Source of the DNA: Amphiscolops sp. MND2022
Lineage: Eukaryota
Assembly: GCA_964187785.1 (NCBI GenBank)
Contig: OZ076414.1
Span: forward strand, 46,686,001-46,750,000
DNA length: 64,000 nt
Direction: 5' to 3'
Below, one piece after another: positions 21,690 to 35,199 of the stretch. Numbering within the stretch: the first letter of the stretch is position 1; every line of letters begins with the position of its first letter. The notes under the pieces were generated by a model, which was given only the letters and a program-made list of their open reading frames with translations, had not been told where the DNA came from and did no database searches. The position numbers and the translations under genes are program-made.

Positions 21690-24050
21690 AACAGAGGTAA
21701 TCTGACATCATGCTTTGTGTTTCGACCGTTTGAAGCCCGAACATATGTTAAACGCTTGTAGACGATGTTGTTGTAAACATTGTGATAGAAGACATCATTT
21801 TTTGTTTTCATGGTTCGAATGAAGTGGAAACAAATGCGGCAAAAGCAACCGAAAAGGTCAACTTTGCTTTCAAAAGCAACAAAAATTGTTTTACCCACTA
21901 CAGTCATTTCAGTTTTTGGTAATGGTGTTACAATTTGATGTCGTGCTGTCTCGATACTGGAGCTGAAGCAAATCTGATCACAGGTCTTTTGCGAGAGAAT
22001 TGAACCTCCAACAGGAACATCTGAACGTGAAAGTAATTGGAATTGGAGAAAGTGTTTAACTCTCAAACCTCTTCGTGTTTTTTTTTCATTGTTTAAAAGT
22101 CTAAAGAAAGTTTGTTTTAATTTAAACGTTCAAGGTTGATTTGATTCCTTCCGACCAAACCATGCTGAAAGATGATTCTTAGAAACAGTTCGAGGATAGG
22201 CGATCCAGACTTTCATATAGCAAGTCCCCTATAATATTGTGTTTGGGACAGTACACGTCGAACAATTTATGTTGAATCGAAAAGTTTAAAATACTGAATT
22301 TTTATTAAAGAGGTTTAATTTTAGATGGGTCGTTATCGGATCCCTAAAATCGTCAAGTACACCAAGCAAAATCTGGCAAAGACGCCACGTTCAAAGTAAT
22401 CATTCGCATCCAGAAACATTTGGCAATTAGAAGACGTATGTCAACTGAATCCGAAAACAACAAAAGAAATTCATTGGAAGAACGCTCCACTCAGGCTACC
22501 CACAGAGATGCGCATTGTCGTTTTTTATAAAGTTACACTTCACAGATAATTTATGTAATAATGAAATCGATTTCTGAGTGTGGCGAAAAAATTCAACAAA
22601 AACAGCCAGTTCAAATCAACATTGTCTTCCTTCTAAAACGCGGTTAGGTCACATGAAAGAAGTGCCAAAGAAAACAAATCGAGAGTTCTTCAGTTAAGTT
22701 TTTAAATCCACCTCATCGTTGCGTTTTGAGACATCGCAGTAAAAAAACTGAATTGACAGTGGTTTTTGATGCCTCTGCCAAAACGCCAAAAGGGACCTCT
22801 TCGAACGAAGTTTCGATAGTTGGAGTTTTGAACATTCCGAACGATCTTTTTACTTTACCTTGATCATTCCGATCTAAATTCCATAGTGTTCTCTGCAGAT
22901 ATTGCAAAGGTGTACCGCATGTTTTTTTATCCGAAGAAGACAACAATTTTCACAAAATACATTGGCACGGCAATATCGCAGAACGAAAAAATTTGAGGAC
23001 GGAAAGAGTTACTTCCGACCTTGTTTCTGCGTTGTATCATTCCGTGCTCTGTTTGTTACTCCCGAGGGAATAGAAGATACACTTATTATCACAACAAACA
23101 AAAGTGACATGTACGTTGACGATCTATTTAGCAGTTGTTTTTGTACTAAAATTTCCATATTCAAAACATTATTGTTGCAGTTCTGAAACTGGAGGTTTTG
23201 ATTCACGCAAATGAAAATAAAGTCAGAATTTGTCAAATACTTTGATACGTTTTATCGCGAGTCTGATGATTCAGTTTTGCAAGTATAGATTACTTCCTTG
23301 AGACTCTCGGAGCTTTCTTGTCGCCAACCAGATATGTTTTTCAATTCAAAGTCACAATTGCTGAAGAAGATACAAAAAGGCCTATGTTTTCGAGATAACT
23401 TCTATTTAAACCTCTAGGTGGACTTTCGCCAGTAACTGTCACTATGAAAGTTTTTCCAAACGTTGTGAAAACCTGACGTTACCTGGGATACTGTTTTATC
23501 TAGTCAAATCATCGAAAATCTTCAAACCAAAAGGTCAGATAAGAAATTTTTGAAAAATTATTCAAGGCATGTTCAAATTACTGAAGAGATACTCACAGAC
23601 TTTACCATTCATGTCATTTGCGATGCTTCAGAAAGGGCATTTGTAGCTTGTTTCTACATAAGAACAATTAATGAGGAAACGGATAATTTCGAAACACTTG
23701 TAGCAAACACTCGAGTTGCTCCAATAAAGTGTCTGATCGTTCGCCTCTTGGAACGTTGGGGCAACATTACTTCGGTGCAACTTCGGTAGACGCTCTCAAG
23801 GAAACTTTACCAGATCCTCGTTTTCCTCAATTGAATTCCTTTGCCTGGTCAGATTCTACAGTAGCTTTACCGTGGGTTTCCCAACCTCTTGAAAAGTAGA
23901 AGATTTTTTGCCCGATATAGAGTTAGCGAAAAACAAGACATTTTGCCCGTTGTCAAGGTGTAGGCATATACTTACCATAGAAAATCCAGCTGATTGTGCT
24001 TCCTGTGGTATGATGGGAAACGAAACTGAACATTAGATTCTTTGGTGGAA
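21690..24050 (+). mobile_element. BEL/Pao LTR retrotransposon remnant (gag knuckle, protease, RT, RNase H), heavily decayed
   Basis: LCFDRLKPEH...CKHCDRRHH; LDTGAEANLI; VVFDASAK; DIAKVYR; MYVDDL; IHVICDASERAF; TRVAPIK; WSDSTVAL. Confidence 0.85.
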
Positions 24051-25410
24051 TGGTTCGTCTTGGTTGGCGCAAGACAAAGGTGAATAGCCGCAGCGAAATT
24101 TTGCATGTTCAAGTGTTTGTTCGAAAAAAAAACAAGAAAAATCGAAGTATTACCACAGAAATGGATGCAGATCAAAACATGATTGAAGTCATCTGGTTTT
24201 CAAATTTTTATTCGACGTTTCTATCATTAAAAGAGCCTGACATACAGTCACAAGTTTTTCTCTTCTTTTTTGAGACAGACACGAAGCGACGAGTATTTTT
24301 TTCAGTTTTTTCAACTGAGCCAATTTGTGGGAGACACATCTTAGATATCTCAAGGAGTCCTCTACCTTTCAGTGTTTACTTTTTAAACGTAACATACATT
24401 ACCAGAGGAGACTAAAGCGTCCGCTTTTTAGTTTTTTGGCCATACGAGGTTTTTTTGACACTGGTTTTGTCTTTAAAGTGTCCCCTTTCGATTTTTTTGA
24501 AGTCCAGCCTCCTAATATCCGGTATTAAGCGCTATATCCAAACCTTTGGCGTCATGTCCGAACTTCATTGCGTTTTTGTAAAATGGAGGTGCGAAAACAG
24601 GAGTGTTCCATGAAAATTTCCTACGCATAATTCAAATCTGCGCTTTTTGAGCCCTAGAGATTTTACTGGGTCACTAGCAGTCAAGATGCTACAAATTACC
24701 GAAATAAACATTATTCTCGACCAAAGCATTTCATTTAGAAATAGTGTTCTCACTGACAAACGAATCTTGTGTGATCTGAACGATATGGTTTTTGTAGCTG
24801 ATGAAAATACAGTTTCCCTACTGTGACCTTGTAATGAAAGTTTTTACTGGCTCGTGTTGCCGAAGATGGAACGATACACGGGTTAGAAACTGACCAGTTG
24901 ACAAATAACGGAAATTACCTACCCATTTACGACATAATGACCATTGATTTAAAAATTGATGCTGCGCATTAACTCTCTTTCCTTAAATTTGCAGCAGTCT
25001 TTCAGTTTTGAGTCAGACTTGATGCACTCAATTTCACGGTCGTCCGTATCTTGGATAATGCTTCCCAAGTAATTCGGCTGGAGATTCCTTCTTGTACCTC
25101 TCACATCCACAGTTGCAGCTCCACTTATGGCTCACAGAATTATGTACCCTATATCTACAGCTATAATCAGGTTAGCCTCATTGATGATTCACAAAAAGTA
25201 TTTTCTGTTTGCTTTCGGGAATAAACTACTAAACAATGTGTCCCTGACAACCTATGGAAAAGCTACATCCTTGGGGATTCTGTTTCATGAAGGGACTGTT
25301 TTCAGGAGCCCTGTATATATTCTCAAGGGTAACGAAACTAATTCTTGGCACAAACTTTAGATGAAACGGTTTAGTTGTTCAATGCCATCGGCTTCTGTTT
25401 GAATCTATGG

Positions 25411-25514
25411 GACTAATAATTAGTTTGATGAAATTTTCATTGGTTCGATTTCTTTTTCTCTGTTAAACTTTGAAATTTTGCGGCTTTCAAATATAGCCCA
25501 ACTTAAGGTCAGTA
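25411..25514 (+). repeat. ~105-bp dispersed repeat, copy 2
   Basis: Matches 18606-18708. Confidence 0.75.
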
Positions 25515-25869
25515 TTTAAAAGAACAACTAACAAAAGAACCAAAAACACGGGTGGAATTTAGCTGCTAGGCGAATGTCATTTCGTCATACAGTGTTTTAT
25601 CGGAATGTCTTTCTTGTCGAAAGTTTGTGCTCTACTTTCGCTAATTCTGCTGCCATTTTGATGCTGATGGACAAATGGACAAATGGAAGAACAGAACAGG
25701 ACGATTCCCAAATTGTAAGTGAATTTGAAGGTTCCGTTGAAGGGTTGGAATCACCACGAAAATGAAAAAAATTAGAAACGCCACGATTGTTTTCAAAGAA
25801 AAATTTTACTACCCATCTTCGCCCATGATTTTGCCTAGAATTTTGCTGAAAAGTGTCTGAGATACAAGC

Positions 25870-26826
25870 GTTTCCTCATACAATACTAAAAACGACAAGA
25901 AAAGTCCGAGAAAACCATTTTAAACCATAAGTAATTACAAGGACGCCCAAAGTAGCAGGTCCGTGGCAGTTTTTGAGAATGCAATTCAAAACAAAAGTAA
26001 GTTTTTTACTCCCCGCCCCACAACGAAAGCACTCTTGTTTACTCTCTGTCTCCACCGCGAAGGCTGGTTCATTTTTTTCGTCTGTTTTGAGCATTCTGCC
26101 ACGCATACGCCCATTTTTTCATCTCTTCGCGCCTTCTTCGTAGGATAAGGCATTTGCAAGTCATCTTGTGGGTTGTCATATGGCTCCACGGTCAGCTTTT
26201 CCTGAACTTTCTTGTTGTCCATGTTTAAGGTAAAGTCGTTATGTACAATTGTTTGAGTTGTCTATCCCAGTTCACATCTTGCGGCAAGGCCATTAAGCGC
26301 ATGCCAAAATTGTTGCAAAGATTCATTTGGCTCATTTGCCTGTTGTTAACTGGATAGGAAGTTAAAGCTGTCCAAGGTTCAATTCCCGGCAAAATGAAAG
26401 CAGTTTGTACAATTTTCCATCATGCCCTCACTTGCAATGTCCAGATAGAGATTTCAGGGTACTTGTCCTTGAACAACTTTTTCGCAGGTTCTCCCAAGGA
26501 CATGAATAACAAGGTGGCCACTTTCTTGTCCGCCGCCCCTTCTGCCATCTTCCCTAAGAATGACTTGACCCGGGGATGATCATTAACAACAGTGCTTGTC
26601 AATTCTTCTATGGAGATGGATAATTTGGCGATTACAACCACAGCAGAAAGATCCACCCATTTTTCAAATTCCATTGCTGGAGATTTGGTGGCTTCTGACC
26701 AAAATAGTGGCAGACCCGGTAGACGACTATGTTGATCGCGGCGCCATGTTAAAAGGAAACTGAGATCAGAAAGGAGAAACGTGTAAATAATGTATTGGGA
26801 ACTATATCGTAATGTACAAGGTAACA
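25870..26826 (-). mobile_element. gag: Gypsy-like gag remnant with PBS and an LTR end
   Basis: TAACA|TGGCGCCGCGATC LTR/PBS junction (26747/26746); MEFEKWVDL...DKKVATLLFMSLG gag-like block; CFRCG knuckle start near 26030. Confidence 0.7.
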
Positions 26827-27522
26827 GCAAAGATCCAACTGATTTATGAGTAGCTCTAACAATGTTGACTTGTGTTAGTAAATAATAAATAATTTGAAAT
26901 GTATGTTTTGTCTAGCTCCATAACTCAATTCTGCAAGGTCATACTATCACAAAAATATGTGCGTTCTTCTGTCTTTCAAAAGTCTCCCAACGATTTTAAA
27001 CACTCAACGAAAGAATCAAAAACTGGATCAAAAATTATAGCTTTTGTTTTAATTTATCTTCGCGATAATTTAAGTCGCATATTTCATGTTTCTACAATCA
27101 ATCTAAATACCGTTTCTAAGGCCAAACAGTAATGGTCCCTTGAATACGTGGTTTGATGCGACTTGCTCAAAATAAAAAACTTCGAGTATTCACTGTTGCA
27201 TTATCTGTTTTACGTGTTTATCACATTTTTTGCTGGATGAACTTGCTAAAAACAGAAATTTACTCGCCTCTTCAATCTGTGAACACATAAAATGTCAGAT
27301 GTCAGTGCCATATATAAAGGAAACGTTTAACCAATGGAAACGAAAAAGTCAAGAATGTCTGAAGTCGAGGCCTCGCTTGAAGCTCAAAAAGTGCAAAGTA
27401 TTTTGAATATAGTGAAGGCATCAGTGAAAATTTGACGAATTTCGAAAGAAATATAGGGAAAAAATCCTAAGAGGAACACTTTGATCTCGTCTAGATTTAG
27501 GCACAATAAAAAGATGTTTTAG

Positions 27523-27595
27523 TTCCGTGCGTGCGAGATTCGAACCCACCCAGGCCTGCATCGTGAAGCATCTTGACAACTAAGCCACATGGCGG
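27523..27595 (-). other. tRNA-derived element (SINE head or tRNA pseudogene)
   Basis: A box TGGCTTAGTTG (27577-27587) and B box GGTTCGAATCT (27536-27546); stems do not close. Confidence 0.55.
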
Positions 27596-29199
27596 AATTT
27601 TGCGGTGCCAGTCTGTTCAGAAATTGGACTATTCAGACAGAGCTCTGTGGTCTGGCGAAAAAAATACACTGTAATAGTACGGCACATTTTCTTGTAAAAT
27701 GCCTCTACTAAAAACAACTGCGAACAACGTTGACTTCTTACAAAGTTCATTAATTCACGGTTCATTACAAACATGCGAGCTTTTACTATAGTTGAGAAAC
27801 GAATGTAGAGAATTAAAGCACCTGAAAAGTTAGACATGTATACCATTATATCTTTTCACTTCCCGTTTCGAAAGGTGCAAAGAAGGTATGTCTGAACTGA
27901 AAATATTTGTCTGAATGTCTTGATGCCGACATTCAAATTTAATTACTCTTGATTTTTAGCACCAATGCAAATAGCACCTCAGAAAGGCCGCATTTTGGGC
28001 TCCCAAGCTTATATCATGAAATACGAGCCGGGTTTTCCAGAATTGATAAATATGTTAGCTGAAATATTTTGGACATGAAAGTTCACTCTTCAATCCGGAC
28101 CGTAATAATGCATGCGACTGTGGCTACCTTTATGAGTCATTTAATTTATACATACAAACAGTTTTGCCGTCTCCAACTTGAAACTTGATCATAACGGCGC
28201 AATTATTTGTGTCAAAAGTACCTCTAATCATCGACGAACGATCTAAAAATAACAAGTTCTATCTTAGAAAGTCAGCTTGCAATTATCCTGTCTTGTGGCT
28301 GTTTTGGTTAAATTATGCAATCTTACATAATAGGCTGAGCTCTACGGGGGAATCATAATCGTCGGTTAAGACCTGTCTAAGTTGGCTTCTAGTTTTGGTA
28401 GTTTCGATGGTATCATACGCCTTCTGTTGGTGGTAGCTCTTTCAGCTTCAGCTGTCGTTTTATTTCTCTTCTAACAGTGGACGCCAAACAGCGAAGAATG
28501 GCATTGTTATGAGCGACAACTTTAGTCTCAAGAATAATATTAAAGCTCTTTTAGGCTCCACATATCCTTTATATGTTGAATCACATATCCATTCAATGTT
28601 TGCAAATGCGTCGCCAAAATAATGTTTTATTCATTCTATCTGTTTGGTTGTTTTCACACTTAAATGAACGGTTTTATGCCTCGACCGCAAAACTGAACTC
28701 CAATTCCCGCCAAAACTGGTTTGTTTTCACACATTTGTGAATGAGACATAGTTACGTAAAGGGCAATGTTTGGATGTTTCTGGGCTGGAACGCCCGATGT
28801 TTTGAACTCTCAAAGTGACCAATCAAAGATCATGAAGAATTCAAATAAAATAAGCTTTCAACAAGCCGGCCCAGTTAGACAAAACAACCCCCCATTTATA
28901 GGCATTGCGTTCGTTTGATGATTGCAGTCACAACCTATTTCTCTGTTGACTTCGAGATGATATTCTGCCCGAATCAATTCATGGAAATCATGCAATTTCA
29001 AAGCTGAAAAGTGCAGCGTAAATTGTGCCTCTCGTGAATCTCCATTTGTCCCTGATATTGAAAGCTCCGAAGATGAAGTTTTGGCACCATAGATTAAACA
29101 ATACTAACATCGGGGCCAGGTAAGTATCCCCGAGCCATTACCGGTTGCATAGCAGGCGGAACATACAATATGGAGGTTAGCTATACATTTAGCTCAGAA

Positions 29200-30400
29200 T
29201 TTAGTACGTCTCTACCGTTCTCTTCCCTACTGTTAGTTAGTTTATCAGTAAGGGCTCTCACTATACTTGTGAGTTCTCCAATTTGACGGTTCATTTCCAG
29301 GAAACGTTATTCAATCCTGTGTTTCTCATGATCCCTTTCTATAGATCTCACGTCACTTTCGATATCATTGTTGAAATTGTCTTCAGTGTAGTGATCCGCT
29401 ACACTCGTATTGTTGTCTTCATCAGAATATCTATCTATTCCAGACTGCTCAATTCTGCTCTCTCTATTGCATCTCGATCGAGTATTTACCATTGTTGAAA
29501 AGGTTAAGGTTTAAGTAAATTGAATTGAAAGAAGTGATTTTAATGTAGTGAAACTTTGCAAAGTGCTTTTACAGTACGTCTGTATCTCACGGTAACAATA
29601 TCCTTCTGTCGAATTTTTATATTGCAATAGCTCCTTCAAACTCTTAATCACTTGTTAATTGCACTTGATTGTTTTGCGTCTCTTTCACTCAAACTTTTTG
29701 GTTAACCTGCTATTATCACCTCATGGTACATTACACGACTGGTCACTTCAGTCGCCGCTAATTGCCATTGTTGCGTTTGAGTTTCTGTTGCCGCACCAGC
29801 ATGTATCATTGATCTCACAACATCACAGCACGTACTAATTTACAACTAGTGATCGAAATGTTGGGCATAATTACTGTACTTGATTACTGGTAGTATTTTC
29901 CCAATTAGCAATTTCAACGCACTAAGCACAAATGACGACTAGTGTTCGAAGTCGTTGTTAGTAATTTTTACTAAACACAAACTCAAGTGACTGTATATGA
30001 ATAAACGATGCTCTAGTAACTGGACTATCAATGATTTGGATACGAAGAACTGCATGTACAAATCGGTTAAAATACGACTAGATATGCCAGTCGTTTACAT
30101 GAATGAATAATGTATTGCACTAAAGGGTTGATAAAGTCGACTACATGTTCTAGTCGTTACTGTGAATCAGGTTAGGGGAAACATCTTTCTGTATTTTACA
30201 AAGGATGAGATCAAAGTTCACTGGAGATTTCTGTTTTAATTGTTTTGGTTTGTGGTTGGGACGACTAATAGTATTGGTCGTTGCTTAGCACAATTTTGTA
30301 TTTCGTAGCGCAGGTGAAATTGGAGTGACGACTGAACGGTAGAGTCGTCCGTTATATGAATTACCATGTATTTTAAAATGTTTATAGTTGAAATGTTTGG
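29200..30400 (-). mobile_element. LTR-like segment with Gag-like N-terminal ORF (probable solo or truncated LTR; boundaries uncertain)
   Basis: AACAATGG start of MVNTRSRCNRE... at 29492, continuing past a stop as RFLEMNRQIGELTSIVRAL. Same M..TRS start and upstream dyad as the E1 LTR. Confidence 0.5.
29735..30348. promoter_or_regulatory. Array of six ACGACT-N9-AGTCGT dyads
   Basis: Copies start at 29735, 29935, 30074, 30137, 30261 and 30328. Each has at most one mismatch and an exact 9-nt unrelated spacer. Confidence 0.8.
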
Positions 30401-31579
30401 GCAATTTGTGATGACTTCATCTTTCAGTTGTTGTATTTCATACCATCCGGTATGAGAATTTAGTCCTTTTTAATTTCTGGAGCTATGAATGCGGACCTAG
30501 CTATGACAAAGTCTTACCCATTCGTTATCGTCTGTAATTAAGATCTAAGGGCCATTTGTGCTTAGAAAGCTGAAAAATTACTAAAGACTAGCTTCAAGCG
30601 TATAAGACGTTCATTTTTGTGGGACCAGAAATATAGTATTCAAATGAACTATAGAACGGTTGTTGATCAGAATGTTGAGTGAATAGTGAATTCCCTGATA
30701 GGAAATTCACACACATTTTGCAAGAACCTGGGTGAACCTTCGTCAAAGATCTTGGTTTTTAATGCATTATTCTGCAGGTATTTCGTGAGATCGTGGTAAT
30801 CTTTGACTGGTTTTGAAAAAATCTTGGTAAATTGTGCTACAGTAGAATCCTAGTTTTGAACACTGAGCATCTTCTCTTTGACTTAAAACGAAACTTCGCT
30901 GAGAACTTCAGTCACTGGTACTCAACTACTCTTGGTGCTCTCAAGTTTCTTTCCAAAGTTTTCACGAAAAAAAGTCAAGAATTCCGAGATTAGCCACGAC
31001 TTAACAAAGCTTTGCCCAACACCTGACAGAATGATGAGACAAACTGGGGACAAGGAATAGTCGGAGATTCGAAGATTCGTGCCGACAAAGTTGCGCGGAA
31101 ACGGTTGTCGAGAGGTGTACACCGGAATACACCTGAACTACCTTCTACACCTGAACTACAAATATGGTTTGCCTTTTTTAAAAAGTATGTTAGTGCCTTT
31201 TTTATTGAAGACCTCAAATGGAAAAACTATCCCTACCGGAAGGAATCGATATGCAAATACACGCTTCAATTACTATAGACCTAACCAATATGCACATCAA
31301 AGTTACAATTATATGAGGAACTTTTTGCTTACTTGGTTCAGTAGTTTTTTTGGTTTGTAGATTTGATTCCATTTAACTACATGTTTAGCCAAAAGTTCAC
31401 GGTGATGACTGTTTGCTTTCTACATTTGGTAATGAATGTCTTTGATGACGTCACGTTTCTTAATCCTGTTAATATTCAAACTGATGGGTTTTTTATACCA
31501 ACTATTTACTTTTACTCTGAGATCTGGGATGTTAAAATAATCCCTAGACATTTGACCATTTACAAATATCTGATTCAAT

Positions 31580-34190
31580 ACTACTCTGAAAAGTCGACAC
31601 TTTTGAAATTATTCCACATGAATTGTCAAAGTCTCCTAAAGAAAACACCTGTTCTGCAGCATAGGATGAATGATCTCGGTGCTAATACAATCTCCGCTTT
31701 TTCTGAAACATGACTAAAAGAAAATGATGACGAAAAAGTATGGCAGCTCAATGAAAAACTCTTCAAAACGTTCCGCTGTGATCGGAAATCTAACGAAAAA
31801 CAACAAGGATGTGGCGTGATGATTATCGCTCCTAAACACCTAAACCCAATATTGGAAAACGATCTGAATAAATTGAACCCGAACCATTTTGAAAGCCTAT
31901 GTTTTGAATGCAACTTAAACACTGACCATTCCAACAAGAAGGAACTCTTAATCGACGTAAGTTATAACCATAACGGTCTCAGAACACTGAATACAAATAT
32001 ACCTACCAGAGTTAAAGACGACTTCCAAACATTGATTGACTACATCATGACTCACCTAAACAATTCCGAAAAATTTAGTAACATCATATCCGATACACCA
32101 CTTGGAACACAGAAAAACAAACCAATTGATCATTTTGCACCAACCATCATAATGGATATCAAAACCAAAAGACGCACAAATGTTACTATCGAAGAAATTT
32201 TTGATAAAATATACTATTCAAAAGAATTTTCCCAACATACAGTTGTTTATAGCGATTGTGGTATCTTTTACAATCAAACTTGTGCAGGAGGAATGTTCAC
32301 AGTTTTTGTAAATAAAATTGAGACAGCCTTGAAAAAGGGTTTTCCAAAGAAGAAAGTCTTCATTCGAATTGATAAAAGTGATATAGCAATTCATTCAAGT
32401 GGAAAAACAAACCTCGTAAACTTTGTCTTGAAATGAACAAACGAATGAAACCAACAGACGATAGATATGAGGTATTTTAACGGAATTATTTAGAACAATT
32501 AAACCATGACCGAATAAGGAGCTCAACATACCGAAACCTCTGGGTCCGTGCAACATCCCTGCTTTGGCTCTGAAGGACTGTTCAAATATCCTCGCCGAAC
32601 CTCTATGCTTCTTTTTCAATGCTTTCATCACTGAAGGAATTTTTCCTGAGCACTTGAAACGAGCTCATTTTACTCCCATTTTCAAAAAAAAGGTAACTCA
32701 GAAGACCCCAATAAATACAGACCGATTTCGATTACTTGTGCACTATCGAAGATCTTTGAAAAAGTTTTGAAGGAGCAAATACATCAATTCTTAGAAAAAC
32801 ACAACCTTTTAAGTCCTTCACAGTTTGGTTCCCGGGAAAAATTTTCAACAACTGATGCATTATTATGTGCTACTGAACACATACGAAACGACATAGACTC
32901 AAATAAGTTTGTCTCTGCTGCTTTCATTGATCTCTCCAAGGCATTTGACTCCATGTGTCATGAAATTCTAATAGAGAAATTGAAATGTACGAATTTCGGT
33001 GATAAAGCCATCAATGATAAAATCATATCTACAAAATTGGATACAAAAGGTCATCCTTCCATCTTGTTCTTCTGACTGGACAAAATTATACCAGGGTGTA
33101 CCACAAGGCACTATAATGGGTCCGCTTCTATTTAACATTTATGTTAACTTTATGAGATCCTCTGAACATAGACCAACACAGCTTGTACAGTATGCTGACG
33201 CTACCTTTTTCTATTCAGCAAATGGAATATTGGAACAATCCATAAAAGATCTTGAAACCAATATAGAAAACGTGATACATTTCTTTGAAAGACACCGCCT
33301 CAACATGAACGCCCACAAAACAGAGTTTATGATCTTTTGTAAGAAGTCACATAATCATATAGCTGATCATCGTCAATTGAAAGTGAAAAATGATTGATTG
33401 AACAATCCAAATTTGCAAAATTTTTAGGCGTTTACCTAAACCAAAACTTGACATACCAAATGGAAGTGCAAAACATCCTCCGTAAAATGGCTACAGGTAT
33501 AAAAGCCTTGTGTTCTATCCGGAACATCCTACCTGAAAAAACACGTCTTCTACTGCTGAATTCACGAGTTCTAATTCATCTCCATTACTCTTCTATTTTG
33601 ATAAATGGTATTATGCAGAATCTTCGGTTACCTTTAGAGAAACAATTAAGCTGTGCGGTGAAAGCTTGCTTTCACAAGAAGAAATATGAACAACTCAAGT
33701 TACAATACGAAATTTTACCTGTGGGTCTTTTTTGGACTTAAAGCTGTTCTTTATTTCTGGAAACATCAAAATGATTTATTACCGGCCTTCAAACATCAAG
33801 AAATAACAACTGCAAAAATTAAGATACTCAAAAGGTCAAATCTTTTGGTTTATGATTCAATGACTACTCGACAAACAGCTTTATCAAAAAAATTGTTCCC
33901 TTTTGGAACAACCTTCCTCCTGAATTAAAAACAAAAAAAATGGACATATGATGCTATCAAAACTAAATTCAAAGACTTTTTCCAAGACAAATCTAAACAT
34001 CAAACTGACACACATCAGAATTCGACAAGAAAGTTGGACGAACTACCGATTTCTTTGCTTTCATTTTAAATTATAATTCATTATTTCAGTGTAAGTTATT
34101 ATATATTTTTTAATTTGAACTTGTACACTGCCTTTTATAAGGAAAGCATTATTTTCTCTTATATGAAGGAAATTTAGTGTTTTTTAGGTG
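31580..34190 (+). mobile_element. CR1/L2-type LINE ORF2 remnant (APE + RT, frameshifted, internal deletion)
   Basis: HMNCQSL, FSET, RCDR...GCGV, LIDYI, IDH; YRPISI, SQFG, IDLSKAFD, QGVPQGTIMGPLLF, QYADAT. Confidence 0.88.
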
Positions 34191-34589
34191 TTGATAGCGT
34201 GCGTGTAAAACCTGTACGAAAAGCGTTTGTCAAGGATCTACGTCCAGCAAACTTGTCTTTAATAGAAAAAGGTGCCAAGAAGTGGAGAGATTGCGCGCTA
34301 GAGGAAGGGCGTTTGAAGCGGCGGACGGCACCTGCAGTAAACTGCAAACAACACGTTGATGATAAAGCCGTTACGAAAGAAAAAAAATGGTGCGCAAAAC
34401 ATTGTACGAGCGGGCACAAACTTTGTTCTCCAAGACACGCCCATCGGTCATAGAGTTAATTCCGGAGTTGTCAACAAAAGCTGTCATACCGAACATATAA
34501 TGCCAAAGGGGAGCAAGATTTGAGAGACCCCACTGGGGGTGAGTTTGACCAGGTTCAACACTTCACGTGGATCGAGGATATCTGAGCAA

Positions 34590-34592
<3 letters not shown>

Positions 34593-34629
<37 letters not shown>
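34593..34629 (+). repeat. (GA)n microsatellite
   Basis: Pure GA run of about 18 units. Confidence 0.95.
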
Positions 34630-34631
<2 letters not shown>

Positions 34632-35199
34632 ACATGTATAATGTTCTGCAGTTTGTAGGATATGCCGCGTGAGCGATCAGAGGACAGGACTTTGAAGAGG
34701 AGGATGGAGGAGACGATCTTGAACAAACCTTGGTGGCGAGGTTCGGAGAAATTGCACAGGATGCTCGGCCTGAGCTGCGGCTTGGAGCAAGAAGAGCGCG
34801 CTTTTCGTGTAAAGGGGTTACCAGATGCGGAAGATTATACAGCTGCCGCATCTACAATCTATAACTCACCATGACGTTCAGCGCATGGCTGGTCATAACG
34901 TGACGCGTGCGCAAACGTTCGTGGCTCTACGAAGGAGCAAAACTGTGAATTGGTTTTCCGCAAAAGCACCAAATCGTCATCTTTGTCCGGAGAAACATTC
35001 TGACAGACGTAGACATGACTTCTCCACCTCGTCAAATATTCAAGTTCCCTGGGACAAAGCGATAATGAGGCAGAAGCAGTAGCGATAGACGAATATGTGC
35101 CTTTGACTGGAGAAGACACTCCAGTGCAAGTTGAGCCTGAATGAACGGTGTGGGGTTGACTCCTACTCGGGGAGGAAGATTCTTTGCAGTAGTAAGATG

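Noticed and set aside
24330-24560. Fifth HINE-like copy
   Set aside because: Only vague similarity (CTTAGAT, TTTTTAGT, GTCCCC); the diagnostic termini are not recognisable.
29735-30348. CRISPR-like repeat-spacer array
   Set aside because: Repeats are 6-bp half-sites with irregular spacing; eukaryotic context; no cas genes.
34174-35119. Several 70-85 aa ORFs upstream of the copia remnant
   Set aside because: No motifs I can support; they may be decayed gag sequence but cannot be assigned.
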